Source of the DNA: Marispirochaeta sp.
GTDB taxonomy: Bacteria > Spirochaetota > Spirochaetia > JC444 > Marispirochaetaceae
Reading direction: 5' to 3'
Assembly (NCBI GenBank): GCA_963676835.2
Contig: CAXXFF010000003.1
Location: forward strand, 1-64,000
Length of the DNA: 64,000 nucleotides
Every line of letters starts with the position of its first letter. Position 1 is the first letter of the stretch. Below the pieces are notes generated by a model, which saw only the letters and a program-made list of their open reading frames with translations, searched no databases and was not told the origin of the DNA. Both the position numbers and the translations under genes were made by a program. Shown here piece by piece: positions 27,840-37,934 of the stretch.

Positions 27840-29099
27840 ATGAAAACAGGCTTGTCTACAAGAAAACAACCATACTTCATCTCTCATGCAAGGGAATTCT
27901 ATCAGTTTTGCCTGGAAGGAAAGCTTGATATCATGGCTTACACAACAGTTGAGGCCTTTGTATCCGGTTTATCAAAGGACATGCCGGATTGGCTCATATT
28001 ACAACATAGAGAGTCCGTTTATGCTTTTCAGCGTTACTGGAAACTATATGGTCATTCAAAAAACAAAAATAGCAGGGATAATATAAAATCATGGGAGGAT
28101 GCTGAATCAGCTATGCGTAATTCACTTCGCCTACATCACCGTTCAAGAGAAACTGAAAAATCTTACCTGAGATGGATTCAGCAGTTTAAGGATCATATAA
28201 AAATTAAGAATCCTCAGGATGTAACAGATAAGCATTTTGTATTGTTTATCACCTTTCTTGCTGTAAACCGTCATATATCTTCTTCTACACAAAATCAATC
28301 CTTTAATGCTCTCTTATTTTTCTACCGGTCAGTTTTAAACCGAACGCCTGAAGGAATCCGCGACTCAGTAAGATCTTGTATACCCCCCAAACTGCCGGAG
28401 GTTATGAGCAGAAATGAGATCTCATACTTACTTGCTAAGCTTAAACCTCCATATCGTTTAATGTGTGCCTTGATCTATGGCGGAGGCTTGAGAATAAACG
28501 AATGCCTGAATCTTCGTATAAAAGATATAGACTACACTAATCAATGTCTGTACATACGAAGTGGCAAAGGAAACAAAGACCGTAGAACCTTGCTTTCTTC
28601 TGTAATATTAGAGGATATAAAACTGCATATCAGCGGAAATGTTAAACCTCTTTATCAGAAAGACCGTATCGAGGGTAATCCTGGAGTACCCCTTCCTGAG
28701 GCTCTATCCAGAAAATTCCCCAATGCTGCCAATGAATGGGGTTGGTATTGGGTATTTCCTTCAAAAAGAATTTCTTTTGATCCCGTCAGTGCGGTAACAG
28801 CCAGGTTTCATATTTACCCCACCTCTTTACAGCGGGAGTTTCATACTGTAAAGAAGCAGATCGGGATATTGCGCCATGTTAGTGTGCATACGTTACGGCA
28901 TAGCTTTGCAACTCATATGATCGAAGATGGATATGACGTCAGAACGGTGCAGGAACTTTTAGGTCATTCATCAGTCAACACCACCATGATCTACACGCAT
29001 ATTGCAGAAAAAAACAAGCTTGGCGCACGCAGCCCCCTCGGTACTGTGTGGAACTCTAATCCAATACAGCAGGCTATGAGGGAAAATCGGGAAGATTAA
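27840..29099 (+). CDS. intI: Integron integrase (long form with N-terminal extension)
   Basis: GGGLR, GKGNKDR, HTLRHSFATH, LLGH, TTMIYTH plus integron-specific insert LPEALSRKFPNAANEWGWYWVFPS. Confidence 0.97.
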   Translation: MKTGLSTRKQPYFISHAREFYQFCLEGKLDIMAYTTVEAFVSGLSKDMPDWLILQHRESVYAFQRYWKLYGHSKNKNSRDNIKSWEDAESAMRNSLRLHHRSRETEKSYLRWIQQFKDHIKIKNPQDVTDKHFVLFITFLAVNRHISSSTQNQSFNALLFFYRSVLNRTPEGIRDSVRSCIPPKLPEVMSRNEISYLLAKLKPPYRLMCALIYGGGLRINECLNLRIKDIDYTNQCLYIRSGKGNKDRRTLLSSVILEDIKLHISGNVKPLYQKDRIEGNPGVPLPEALSRKFPNAANEWGWYWVFPSKRISFDPVSAVTARFHIYPTSLQREFHTVKKQIGILRHVSVHTLRHSFATHMIEDGYDVRTVQELLGHSSVNTTMIYTHIAEKNKLGARSPLGTVWNSNPIQQAMRENRED

Positions 29100-29334
29100 G
29101 CTCTTCTTTGAAGAGTCCTTCAATGTGTACAATTTCTTCTGATTTCTGTTTCCGCTGAAAAAACTGTCGGTCCATGGGAACATACTTATCTATAAGTTTA
29201 TAAGATCTGCTTTTCTTATCGAATTCCCAGATCTCCATGATTACCTCATCTCCGGCCATGTGTTTAACATGGTATATTGTCAGTTTTCTTCCGCTGTAGC
29301 GAGGTGCATACAACTGCCCTGTTTCCATTTCCAT
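29074..29334 (-). CDS. Hypothetical protein
   Basis: Fills the gap between intI and the capA-like gene; overlaps the intI 3' end; start uncertain. Confidence 0.5.
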   Translation of the reverse strand: MEMETGQLYAPRYSGRKLTIYHVKHMAGDEVIMEIWEFDKKSRSYKLIDKYVPMDRQFFQRKQKSEEIVHIEGLFKEELNLPDFPS

Positions 29335-29359
29335 AATTCTTATATTATACTCACCTTCG

Positions 29360-30790
29360 ATGTCGAGAGTAACATTTTTTTTGTTTATCACTCTTTTCTT
29401 TTTTTCATGCAGCGAAGAGAGATTACTTTATGTTAAGGTAAACAATATTAATGCTGAGCATATACCTCAATTACCTGCAGGATTTTCACTGTCTTCAGAC
29501 GGTAATGAGCCACCAGTCCTGACAGTAAATCTTCAGACATTAATAGGACCCAGAAACAACCTGCCTTTTCTTTTTTATTGTGAGCCCCTGATTCCGCGCA
29601 TAAACAATGTATACAGCCCGAATAACATCACTTTCAAAAATATCAGCGACCAGACTACAGAGCTTATTCCACTTTCTTTATGGAAAGACCCCGGGAAGGC
29701 AGCGTTTATTGATGGTATAGGTATAGATGATCCAGCCTATCCTGTCTGGAAATCAGAGAATTTAATTCCTGAATGGGCAGCCGATACGGATCTCGAAACA
29801 AAAATGATTCTACTGAAATGGCTCGGTAAATTCAAAACCGCGGAAACACCTCAAGTCAATGTCACCTGGATTGCCGCTGCAGGCGATATGATGCTACAGA
29901 GAGGGGTTCAGGATATGCTGCTTTCTTCATACTCCGGTCCCTCCTCGGTATTTAACGATCTGTTGCCCAGGTTATCTTCATTCGATCTCTTAATGGCAAA
30001 CCTTGAAGGGGCTGTTACATCAGGCAACGGATTAGTCAATAAGAGCTATAATTTCAAGTTTTCCCCCGGAAATTTACCTGTCTTGAAACAAATAGGATTT
30101 GATTACTTTTCGTTAACCAATAACCATGCCTACGATTACGGACAAAAAGGGTTCATCGATACACTGAATAACTTCAAAGCAGCCGGCATGCCGACATCTG
30201 GAGTTGGCATGCCGATAGAAGAAGCTCTTCGTCCTGCAATCTTTTCGATTAATAATACTGAATACCGCATACTTTCGGTCGGCGCATATCCCAGTGAACA
30301 AAACGGCTTTGACGGACTCAAGCAGGCATCGGTTACCGAAAACAGACCAGGTATCCTCTGGTTTGATCAAAAAGTACTGGACCATATCCGGACATTCTCA
30401 AGCAAACCTGGAATCGACATAATCATGGTTCATGGCGGACACGAATGGCAGAGAAATACCGATACTGAACAAAGAAAAAAATACAGATCCTTAATTGACG
30501 CCGGCGCAGACATTGTCTTTGGATCTCACCCCCATGTTATTCAGGGTGTGGAATCATATAAAAACGGTATCATATATTATTCTCTGGGTAATTTTGTCTT
30601 TAACGGCATGGAAGACATGCCTCATGCGGAAGATTCAATGTTAGCAGTGCTGGGAATTGTTGGAGATAAAATTCTGTATCGCCGGGATATCGGTGTTGTG
30701 ATAGACAAAAAAGTACTGAAAATAGATAAATCAGGAAGAATTATGAAAGAGCTATCAGCCCTATCGGAACATATACCCCCTGAGTTGTAA
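29360..30790 (+). CDS. CapA-family (PGA synthesis-like) metallophosphatase lipoprotein
   Basis: FFFSC lipobox; AGD, NLEG, NNHAYDYG, HGG.E, GSHPHV, YSLGNF. Confidence 0.9.
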   Translation: MSRVTFFLFITLFFFSCSEERLLYVKVNNINAEHIPQLPAGFSLSSDGNEPPVLTVNLQTLIGPRNNLPFLFYCEPLIPRINNVYSPNNITFKNISDQTTELIPLSLWKDPGKAAFIDGIGIDDPAYPVWKSENLIPEWAADTDLETKMILLKWLGKFKTAETPQVNVTWIAAAGDMMLQRGVQDMLLSSYSGPSSVFNDLLPRLSSFDLLMANLEGAVTSGNGLVNKSYNFKFSPGNLPVLKQIGFDYFSLTNNHAYDYGQKGFIDTLNNFKAAGMPTSGVGMPIEEALRPAIFSINNTEYRILSVGAYPSEQNGFDGLKQASVTENRPGILWFDQKVLDHIRTFSSKPGIDIIMVHGGHEWQRNTDTEQRKKYRSLIDAGADIVFGSHPHVIQGVESYKNGIIYYSLGNFVFNGMEDMPHAEDSMLAVLGIVGDKILYRRDIGVVIDKKVLKIDKSGRIMKELSALSEHIPPEL

Positions 30791-32044
30791 TTAGGTTGTA
30801 CTGTCCTCCCCCGCACCTTTCAAAGCTTTCAGCCGTTCCCAGACCGGTGGATGACTATAGTTAAAAAAGCTGTATGCCGGATGCGGAAACGGATTGGATT
30901 TATTGTCTTTATGAAGTTTAACAAGACCACTCGAGAGTGCAGAGCGGTTAGATGCGCGATTGAAGGCATATCGGTCAGCTTCAAATTCCCGTTTACGTGA
31001 GAAGATTGCAGAAACAGGTCCGAACAGAAAAGTAAAAGGAGAAGAAAAATAAAGTGCGAAGGTTAAAAGACCATAGATAGTTCCTCCGGAAAGACCGAAA
31101 AGATCATACAGCGGACTAAAATCAAGCAGCAGGCTTAACAGATAAAATAGTGCAAACAGCAGAACAATACTTGTCGCCAGCTGTTTCTTAATGTGCCCAA
31201 GCTTCGCATGGCCAAGTTCGTGGGCGACAACTGCTTCAAGCTCATCTGTATCCAGAGATTCTATAAGTGTATCAAATAATGCTATCTTTCTGGTAGATCC
31301 AAATCCTGTGAAGAAGGCATTCCCATGCCGGCTTCTTCTGCTTCCATCCATTACCTGTATTGATCCCATGGTAAATCCGCAATTTGAGGCAAGTTTCTCG
31401 ATCCGGTCTTTGAGTTCTCCCTCCTTAAGAGGTGTGAAGGTATAGAATATGGGGGCAAGAACCACCGGAAAAATAAAAAGCAAAAAAACCTGTACAGCGG
31501 TTATAAAAACAGCACCAAGAATCCACCATAATGAACCTGTCAGATTCACGGTGACAATAAGTACCGCAAGCACAGGAGCTCCGATAAGCATCCCTAAAAT
31601 GGTGCTTTTTACAGTATCCTGGACAAACAGCCTGCGGGTCATGGTATTAAATCCAAACTGCTCCTCTATTACAAATTGACTGTAATAGGACAGGAAAATA
31701 TTAGGTATGAAAAAGAGTGCAGAACTTAAAATAACGGTTGTCACACCGATGATAATTGTGTTTGCGGTGTAGTTGCGTATAAGTATTTCAAAAAATCCAG
31801 GCAGGTTAAAAACCAGTGCGGTTAGAATTAAACTCAAATTTATACAAACACTTACTGCTCCGAATTTCATCCGCACAATGTTGTAGGCAACGGAGTCCTG
31901 TATTTCCTGTTCTGTAAGATACGTATGCGCAATGCCTTTGTTATGCGAAACCTGTTTCCGCATATAACGGATGTTTAAATATATTAAATAAACAGATAAG
32001 GCTGTCTCGATAAAAAGCAGGCATATATAGAGTTGCAAAAACAT
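30791..32044 (-). CDS. M48 (Ste24-like) membrane metallopeptidase
   Basis: DGSRRS.HGNAFFTG, HELGH, EFEAD, YSHPP. Confidence 0.93.
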   Translation of the reverse strand: MFLQLYICLLFIETALSVYLIYLNIRYMRKQVSHNKGIAHTYLTEQEIQDSVAYNIVRMKFGAVSVCINLSLILTALVFNLPGFFEILIRNYTANTIIIGVTTVILSSALFFIPNIFLSYYSQFVIEEQFGFNTMTRRLFVQDTVKSTILGMLIGAPVLAVLIVTVNLTGSLWWILGAVFITAVQVFLLFIFPVVLAPIFYTFTPLKEGELKDRIEKLASNCGFTMGSIQVMDGSRRSRHGNAFFTGFGSTRKIALFDTLIESLDTDELEAVVAHELGHAKLGHIKKQLATSIVLLFALFYLLSLLLDFSPLYDLFGLSGGTIYGLLTFALYFSSPFTFLFGPVSAIFSRKREFEADRYAFNRASNRSALSSGLVKLHKDNKSNPFPHPAYSFFNYSHPPVWERLKALKGAGEDSTT

Positions 32045-32139
32045 CTTAATCTTCTTTTAATCCTACAGATAAAGCTTCATATAACCCTTCAGAAAACTCT
32101 TGACAAAGCTCTTCACAAAAAAGGTGAAGGGTTCAGGGC

Positions 32140-32168
32140 AAAAAAAAGCATCCTTATAGAAGGATGCT
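32140..32168 (-). terminator. Intrinsic terminator
   Basis: AGCATCCTT-N4-AAGGATGCT followed by a T-run on the minus strand. Confidence 0.7.
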
Positions 32169-32183
32169 CCGGATAGAAAATTA

Positions 32184-32378
32184 TTACAGTGCTGCTATCG
32201 CATCCTGCAGTTTGTCGTGGGCAAGCGCTGCTTTACACTGCTTGCAGACCTTATATTTCTTTTCTTTCAGTTCTACTTCGTAACCTACCTTAATGGCGGT
32301 ACGTTTACAGAGGGGACAGTTTCCGCGTCCGCTTTTAACTTTATCGCGGATACCGCTTCCCCGGTTGGCCTTTGACAT
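32184..32378 (-). CDS. Small Zn-ribbon-like hypothetical protein
   Basis: AGGAG RBS, CPLC and CKQC, followed by a terminator. Confidence 0.75.
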   Translation of the reverse strand: MSKANRGSGIRDKVKSGRGNCPLCKRTAIKVGYEVELKEKKYKVCKQCKAALAHDKLQDAIAAL

Positions 32379-32497
32379 ATGTGCTCCTTACCTATATCCC
32401 CGCAGGGTCGAATACTGATTGTCAGAGCGTAAGTATATTTATCTTAAAGAAAAAAGTCAACAAATGTATGGATTCAGTATTCGGCACTACCCTGCTT

Positions 32498-33193
32498 CTA
32501 TTTTATAAAAACCCTTCTAATCCACTCATTGTGAGATTTCAGACTGCTTCTTACACCCTCAACATCCCGTTTCTCAAGAGAATCCAGTATGATTTTGTGA
32601 AACTCCAGAGTTTCTCTGGAAAACATCTCAGATTCGAGATAACTGCTGGGTATCTTCTGGATAATCTGGGTAACAAGATCCTGAATATGGTAAATCACGG
32701 AATTATGACTTGCTTTGTAAAGGACTTGATGAAACCGCTGGTCCCATTCAAGGTCAGCATGCCCGTTGATAATTGACTGTTCAAGATTCTCAAGGGCAAG
32801 TTTTGCCTCATCTATCTCTTGTTTACTGATTCTTTCTACTATTAACGGTGCAATAGCGTCTTCAAATACAGCCCTCGCTTCGATAATCTCATTTAAAGAC
32901 TGGTCTTCCAGTGAAAGAAGCAGCTCCACCGGTCCGCGGATAAGATTCCCTGTATGTTTGGTTACGAAATACCCGGAGCCTCTTCTTACTTCGAGTAAAC
33001 CGATGGCCTCAATGGATCTCAATGTTTCACGAATAGAGCTTCTCCCTACATTCAGCTGGTCAGCAAGAGCCTTTTCAGTAGGCAGCTTATCGCCGTCATT
33101 CAGCTGTGTCCAAATATACCTGGTAAGTTTGCGCGTAAGGGTGGTCTTTAATGGTTCTGTCTTTATAGGCTCAAGGCCTGATGTCATACTCAT
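32498..33193 (-). CDS. FadR/GntR-family transcriptional regulator
   Basis: GDKLPTE..LA..VGRSSIRE wHTH plus FCD-like domain (DQRFHQ). Confidence 0.92.
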   Translation of the reverse strand: MSMTSGLEPIKTEPLKTTLTRKLTRYIWTQLNDGDKLPTEKALADQLNVGRSSIRETLRSIEAIGLLEVRRGSGYFVTKHTGNLIRGPVELLLSLEDQSLNEIIEARAVFEDAIAPLIVERISKQEIDEAKLALENLEQSIINGHADLEWDQRFHQVLYKASHNSVIYHIQDLVTQIIQKIPSSYLESEMFSRETLEFHKIILDSLEKRDVEGVRSSLKSHNEWIRRVFIK

Positions 33194-33281
33194 ACTATGG
33201 TTTAACCTTACCTAAATAATCCAGTTTTTTCAATATTACCTATCCTTTACATAGTTTATATCTGAGATATATGCTTGGTGC

Positions 33282-33321
33282 TTGACACTGGTGTTTGATA
33301 ATATTAGTCTGACAACAGACT
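33282..33321 (+). promoter_or_regulatory. Promoter with a FadR-type operator
   Basis: TTGACA-N17-TAGTCT overlapping TAGTCTGACAA and the palindrome AGTCTG-N4-CAGACT. Confidence 0.55.
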
Positions 33322-33348
33322 TAAATCAAGGGGAAAACAGACATCTTT

Positions 33349-34086
33349 ATGGCACGAACGGTAATTGTGACAGGCGCTTCTAAAGGTATCGGCTTTGAGA
33401 CTGCTAAAGTATTTGCGGCACAAGGTGATACGGTTGTTATTTTTGATATAGACCAGGAAAACGGAGAAAAAGCTGCTGCTGCTGAAACAGCTCAGGGGCA
33501 TAAAGTATTTTTCCAGCAGGTGAACATTGTCAAATCAGAGGAAGTTAAAAAGGCCGTTTCGGCAGTGGTTAATGCTCATGGGCCGGTTGAAGTCCTGGTT
33601 AACTGTGCTGGAATACTCGATCTTCATTCCTTTGAAGAAACAACCGAGGAAGTTTGGGACCGTGTTATGGGGATAAACCTCAAAGGTGCCTTCCTTGTTT
33701 CCCAGGCAGTTCTGCCTTATATGTCAGAAAAAAAGAAAGGCAGTATAATTAACATAGCATCCTCTGCAGGACGTACTGGCGGTGTTAAAACAGGCGTAAC
33801 CTATTCTGTCTCCAAAGCCGGTGTAATCGGGTTAACCAGGACTCTGGCCAGAATGGCGGCACCTGACAAGATTACAGTAAACTGTATCGCTCCTGGTACT
33901 ACCAACACAGACATGGCAAAATTATTTACCGATGCAGATATTGAAGCAATAATCAATCAGGTCCCTTTACGCGGTCTTGTTGAGCCCTCCGATATTGGTC
34001 AGGCAGTATATTTTTTCGCATCAGAGCCTGCAAGAATGATCACTGGTATCGTAATGGATATCAATGGCGGAATCTATATGGGTTAA
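33349..34086 (+). CDS. SDR-family oxidoreductase
   Basis: TGASKGIG, NCAG, YSVSK. Confidence 0.93.
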   Translation: MARTVIVTGASKGIGFETAKVFAAQGDTVVIFDIDQENGEKAAAAETAQGHKVFFQQVNIVKSEEVKKAVSAVVNAHGPVEVLVNCAGILDLHSFEETTEEVWDRVMGINLKGAFLVSQAVLPYMSEKKKGSIINIASSAGRTGGVKTGVTYSVSKAGVIGLTRTLARMAAPDKITVNCIAPGTTNTDMAKLFTDADIEAIINQVPLRGLVEPSDIGQAVYFFASEPARMITGIVMDINGGIYMG

Positions 34087-34130
34087 TCCCCATTTATGTA
34101 TAGAGAATAAACAACAAGAAGGAGATTCTT

Positions 34131-35174
34131 ATGGCAATTAATGAATACCTTAAATGGATGGCAGAAAACACCTCTACCCAGTGGTGTAATGACTCAGCCC
34201 GGCTGATCGATCTTAATGCAGCTCTCGACTCGGGCGCCTGCGGATGTACAACCAACCCGCCCCTTTCCTATGATACGCTCAAAAACACACCCGAAGATTT
34301 TAAAGCTGAAGTATCAAAAATTGATTCTTCCCTTAAATGTAACGACCGCAATGTTGAACTTGTAGGTGCTGTAGTAAAAACCATCAGTAAGGTACTGAAG
34401 GACCGTGGCCCCTGGAGCAATGCCCACCTTGGAAACGTCCGAACCCAGGTACAGCCCAGCCTCGGCCAGGATGGCGAGGGTATGCTGGAACAGGGTAAAA
34501 AAATGGCAGCCTGGGGCGACAACGTTATGATCAAGATTCCCTGTACAACTGCTGGAATCTGGACCCTCGAAGAGCTTGCAGCACTCGGCATTCCTACAAA
34601 CCCCACAGTTTGTGTAAGCGTATCCCAGTACATTGCTGTTGGCGAAGCATATGAGAACGGTGCTGCCAGAGCAAAAAAAGCAGGACTTACTCCCGGCCCC
34701 TCAACTGCTGCGCTGGTTATGGGTCGTCTTCAAGATTATCTTACAAAAATCAACATGGTCCGCAATGCCGGCCTGACTGATGAAGACCTGGAGCTTGCTG
34801 CACTTGCAGTAGTAAAACGCTGCGCTGAAGAAAATAAAAAACGGGGATTTTCCCAGAAGATCATGCCTGCAGCTTTCAGGAGTGCCCGTCAGATTGCACA
34901 ACTCGCCGGAGCAGATGCCGTCATGACTATCCATCCCAAATGGCAGCAGGCTGTCGCAAACGCTTTTGCCAAGGGTGAGGTTGAAAAAAAGGAGCTTATT
35001 GATGTGCCTGTCGATCAGGCGGTAATTGATAAGGTTTCTAAAGCACTTCCTGAGTTTGTGCTTGCCTATGAGCCAGGTGCTCTGCCTGTTGAAGAGTTTG
35101 ACTTCTTCGGCGCAACCGTAATGACCCTTACCGGTTTTGATGCAACCGGTTGGCAGCCTCTTCTTTCACTGTAA
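34131..35174 (+). CDS. Transaldolase-family protein
   Basis: WCNDS, GCTTNP, VMIKIP motifs. Confidence 0.85.
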   Translation: MAINEYLKWMAENTSTQWCNDSARLIDLNAALDSGACGCTTNPPLSYDTLKNTPEDFKAEVSKIDSSLKCNDRNVELVGAVVKTISKVLKDRGPWSNAHLGNVRTQVQPSLGQDGEGMLEQGKKMAAWGDNVMIKIPCTTAGIWTLEELAALGIPTNPTVCVSVSQYIAVGEAYENGAARAKKAGLTPGPSTAALVMGRLQDYLTKINMVRNAGLTDEDLELAALAVVKRCAEENKKRGFSQKIMPAAFRSARQIAQLAGADAVMTIHPKWQQAVANAFAKGEVEKKELIDVPVDQAVIDKVSKALPEFVLAYEPGALPVEEFDFFGATVMTLTGFDATGWQPLLSL

Positions 35175-35183
35175 TACTGCAGC

Positions 35184-36005
35184 ATGAGCGGCAATATTCT
35201 CAGTGTGGCCATCGCCGAGGAGCACCTCGGCGAAAAGGCGCCAGTTCTGTTTCAGACCGGCGTTCTTGACGGCATGAAGCAGGCTAAAGATCTTGGTTAT
35301 AACGGTGTGGAGCTGCATATCCGTAATCCCGGGGATCTTGATGCAGATGCTATAGAAACCCTTTCCAAGGAAACAGGTGTTGCGGTTACCGCAGTCGGAA
35401 CCGGCCTTGAGTACGGTTTAAATAAGCTCTGCTTTACTTCCCCCGAAAAATCTGTTCGGGACAATACGGTTGTGAGGTTTAAAGAACATATCGACCTTGC
35501 AGCACGCTTCAATGCCAATGTTTTCGTTGGACTCTGCAGAGGTACTGCACCGTCCATGGCTGAAGTTCCGGCATATCTGGATCTTTTTGCAGAAACCCTG
35601 CTTCCGGTACAAGAATATGCGGATTCAAAGGGAGTAATTCTAACCATTGAGCCTATTACCTATTACATGACCAACCTGTTAAATACAGTTGAGGAAACTC
35701 TTGAATTCATGAACCGTCCCGGATTTGAAAAGATGGAGCTTCTTCTGGACAGTCATCATATGTGGCTGGAAGATAAGGATATGTACGGAGAAGCGGTTCA
35801 GGTGTGCAAAGGCAAAATCGGCCATTTTCACATCTCCGACAGTAACAGAAGGTATCCTGGCGCGGGTAATGTGGATTTTGACCGGCTGGCGGAGAGCCTT
35901 AAATCTGTTGGTTATACCGGCCCTGTCTCCCTTGAGGTTTTACCTTATCCTTCGGGAAAAGAAGCCGCAGCCAAGGCCATAGACTGGATGAAAAAACACT
36001 GGTAG
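35184..36005 (+). CDS. Sugar phosphate isomerase/epimerase (TIM barrel, IolO-like)
   Basis: GVELH, IEP, DSHHM, HISDSNR..PG.G, SLE. Confidence 0.88.
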   Translation: MSGNILSVAIAEEHLGEKAPVLFQTGVLDGMKQAKDLGYNGVELHIRNPGDLDADAIETLSKETGVAVTAVGTGLEYGLNKLCFTSPEKSVRDNTVVRFKEHIDLAARFNANVFVGLCRGTAPSMAEVPAYLDLFAETLLPVQEYADSKGVILTIEPITYYMTNLLNTVEETLEFMNRPGFEKMELLLDSHHMWLEDKDMYGEAVQVCKGKIGHFHISDSNRRYPGAGNVDFDRLAESLKSVGYTGPVSLEVLPYPSGKEAAAKAIDWMKKHW

Positions 36006-36026
36006 GCAAGTAATACCTCAATTTAT

Positions 36027-36066
36027 AAAGCCCGGCAGTACCTGAGGTACTATCCGGGCTTTTTTT
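36027..36066 (+). terminator. Intrinsic terminator
   Basis: AAAGCCCGG..GTACC/GGTAC..CCGGGCTTTTTTT. Confidence 0.75.
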
Positions 36067-36131
36067 ATAATATTACTTTAGTTGAACTTTTACCTGGCAC
36101 CCTGGAAGTTCCAGGTTTGCCTTTAAATACA

Positions 36132-37934
36132 TCATTCCCTGTATAGAATATCTTTATAGTTTTCAGGCAGATCCTTAAGGATATCTTTTGAGGCTGCATA
36201 AAACCCGCTAAGATTACTGGATGTAACTATAATATCACCTGCATTCCTCAATTGTGTAGATTCAGAAGGACTGCCGGGAATATAACAGGTTATGATACCA
36301 GCTTGATTTTTATTCTCATCCCACAGGCTTATACGGACAGTTTTTTCGGGCATATCCACCGGATCTTCAGAAAGACGGTAAAGAAACTCGGCCTTTTCAA
36401 ATCCGAAAACCATTCCCCAGATCAAAGGAGTATTTGCGGCGACTCTTTCAGGATCTGTAACAACCCACTCTTTAGCAAACTTTTCAAGACGGATATCCTC
36501 TGCCATACTGCGTTTGATCTCTATCGCACCAAGGGCCATCGGGTTTATATGAAGAAGCTTTTTATCGATAAAATCATCTGCCTCGAGGGGAATATTTTCA
36601 AGAATTTCAGCATCAAGAAAAACAGGTTCTTCAAGAAAGCTTGATAAAACGGCAACTTTGCTGTTCTTATATGGCTGTATTTTTATGCTGTGCTCTGTCC
36701 CGTTTTTTTCCAGCAATTTGAATGAGATATCATCGGGACTTTCTGAATATACAAATGAGCCGTCATTGACATATGCATCATCCGGTAGGCGGTAGCGAAC
36801 AAGTACGCTGAAAATACGGAATACCAGTGCCGGCTCCGCACGCTCTTCCACGGGCTGCACAATCTTCCATTCGTTTTCCCCGGTTTTTTGTATCTCGGTA
36901 AGGGTACCGGATTTTTCGATAATGACCTGACTGATGTCTCCCGGTGTAAATCTTAAAAGTCCCCGATGCAGAAGGTCATGCGTGTCTACTACCAGTGTCT
37001 CAGGGCGGAAATTACTCAGCTGAACACCTTCCGGGTCATTGTCAGTTTCTGCAGCTATAGTCCGGGTTCCTGCAGGATAAGGGAAGCTTACCGTATCGCT
37101 GCCTTCAGGGCCGGAAAGCTGATATGTTACCAGACTGCTTCCGGGGAATAGAAACGGATCATTCGGCCTGACACCATAAGCGGTAATTTCAGCCGCACCT
37201 ATGCTCTTCAGCATTTCACTTATTTTACCGTCATCAGCAGGGGCATTGCCGTCGGAAACAAAATCCCACCAGTCACCATCTTTCTTCAGTTCTACTTCAG
37301 GATATCCATCCCTGCTTATTATAAGGCTGGTAACGGAATCCGGGTCCTGGTAAATAAGCTTATGCCCCCTGTAGCCATTTACCTCTTCGGTCATTATATC
37401 TTTAATCTGCTTTTGTGCTTTGTAAAGTATTCCCGGTTTCCCGGTCAGTGCGGCATAAACATAGCCTACATCCAGAGGGAGGATTCGTCCCAGATGCACT
37501 TCATCAAGAACAACTCCATCTTCAGACCCAATTTTTATAACCACAGAAGAGGCGGAATCAAGACCGTATTGTGACAAATCTGATTCAGACTCCGAATCAG
37601 ATGAGACCGGGATACCGACAACCTTTGAAACCATTTCCAGCAGGCTGTTTACTTTTTCCTGATCAGCAGCAGCATGCAGAGGTCTGGTCATTTTCCACAA
37701 GGTGTTGCCCTGTTCCTCAACAGCAAGAGAGAAAGCAAGATTATCTCCAGATGGTCGTACTATCTCAATCCACCGGATATCTTCTACTGATGTTGAAAGT
37801 AAATGAGGACGGACCTCTTTTTCTTCTTTACTGCCTTTATCGGCGGTTAAAAAAAGAACCCCTGCCAGCAGTACCAGAACTGCAAGAAGGATAGGCAGTA
37901 GTAGATTCTTCTTTTTTTTCCTTACCTGCGCCAT
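36132..37934 (-). CDS. DUF4340-like membrane-anchored protein (three repeats)
   Basis: N-terminal TM, repeated W...P...A units, LSQYGL; follows a GldG-like gene. Confidence 0.75.
   Translation of the reverse strand: MAQVRKKKKNLLLPILLAVLVLLAGVLFLTADKGSKEEKEVRPHLLSTSVEDIRWIEIVRPSGDNLAFSLAVEEQGNTLWKMTRPLHAAADQEKVNSLLEMVSKVVGIPVSSDSESESDLSQYGLDSASSVVIKIGSEDGVVLDEVHLGRILPLDVGYVYAALTGKPGILYKAQKQIKDIMTEEVNGYRGHKLIYQDPDSVTSLIISRDGYPEVELKKDGDWWDFVSDGNAPADDGKISEMLKSIGAAEITAYGVRPNDPFLFPGSSLVTYQLSGPEGSDTVSFPYPAGTRTIAAETDNDPEGVQLSNFRPETLVVDTHDLLHRGLLRFTPGDISQVIIEKSGTLTEIQKTGENEWKIVQPVEERAEPALVFRIFSVLVRYRLPDDAYVNDGSFVYSESPDDISFKLLEKNGTEHSIKIQPYKNSKVAVLSSFLEEPVFLDAEILENIPLEADDFIDKKLLHINPMALGAIEIKRSMAEDIRLEKFAKEWVVTDPERVAANTPLIWGMVFGFEKAEFLYRLSEDPVDMPEKTVRISLWDENKNQAGIITCYIPGSPSESTQLRNAGDIIVTSSNLSGFYAASKDILKDLPENYKDILYRE

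Larger units (their letters stand above)
1..29099 (-). mobile_element. Chromosomal integron: intI + attI + at least 18 gene cassettes (array probably continues left of the window)
   Basis: Integron-type tyrosine recombinase divergent from an AT-rich minus-strand gene array punctuated by 18 related TAAC...GTTA imperfect palindromes; the 7-bp cores at the two ends of each cassette are complementary or nearly so. Confidence 0.97.
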
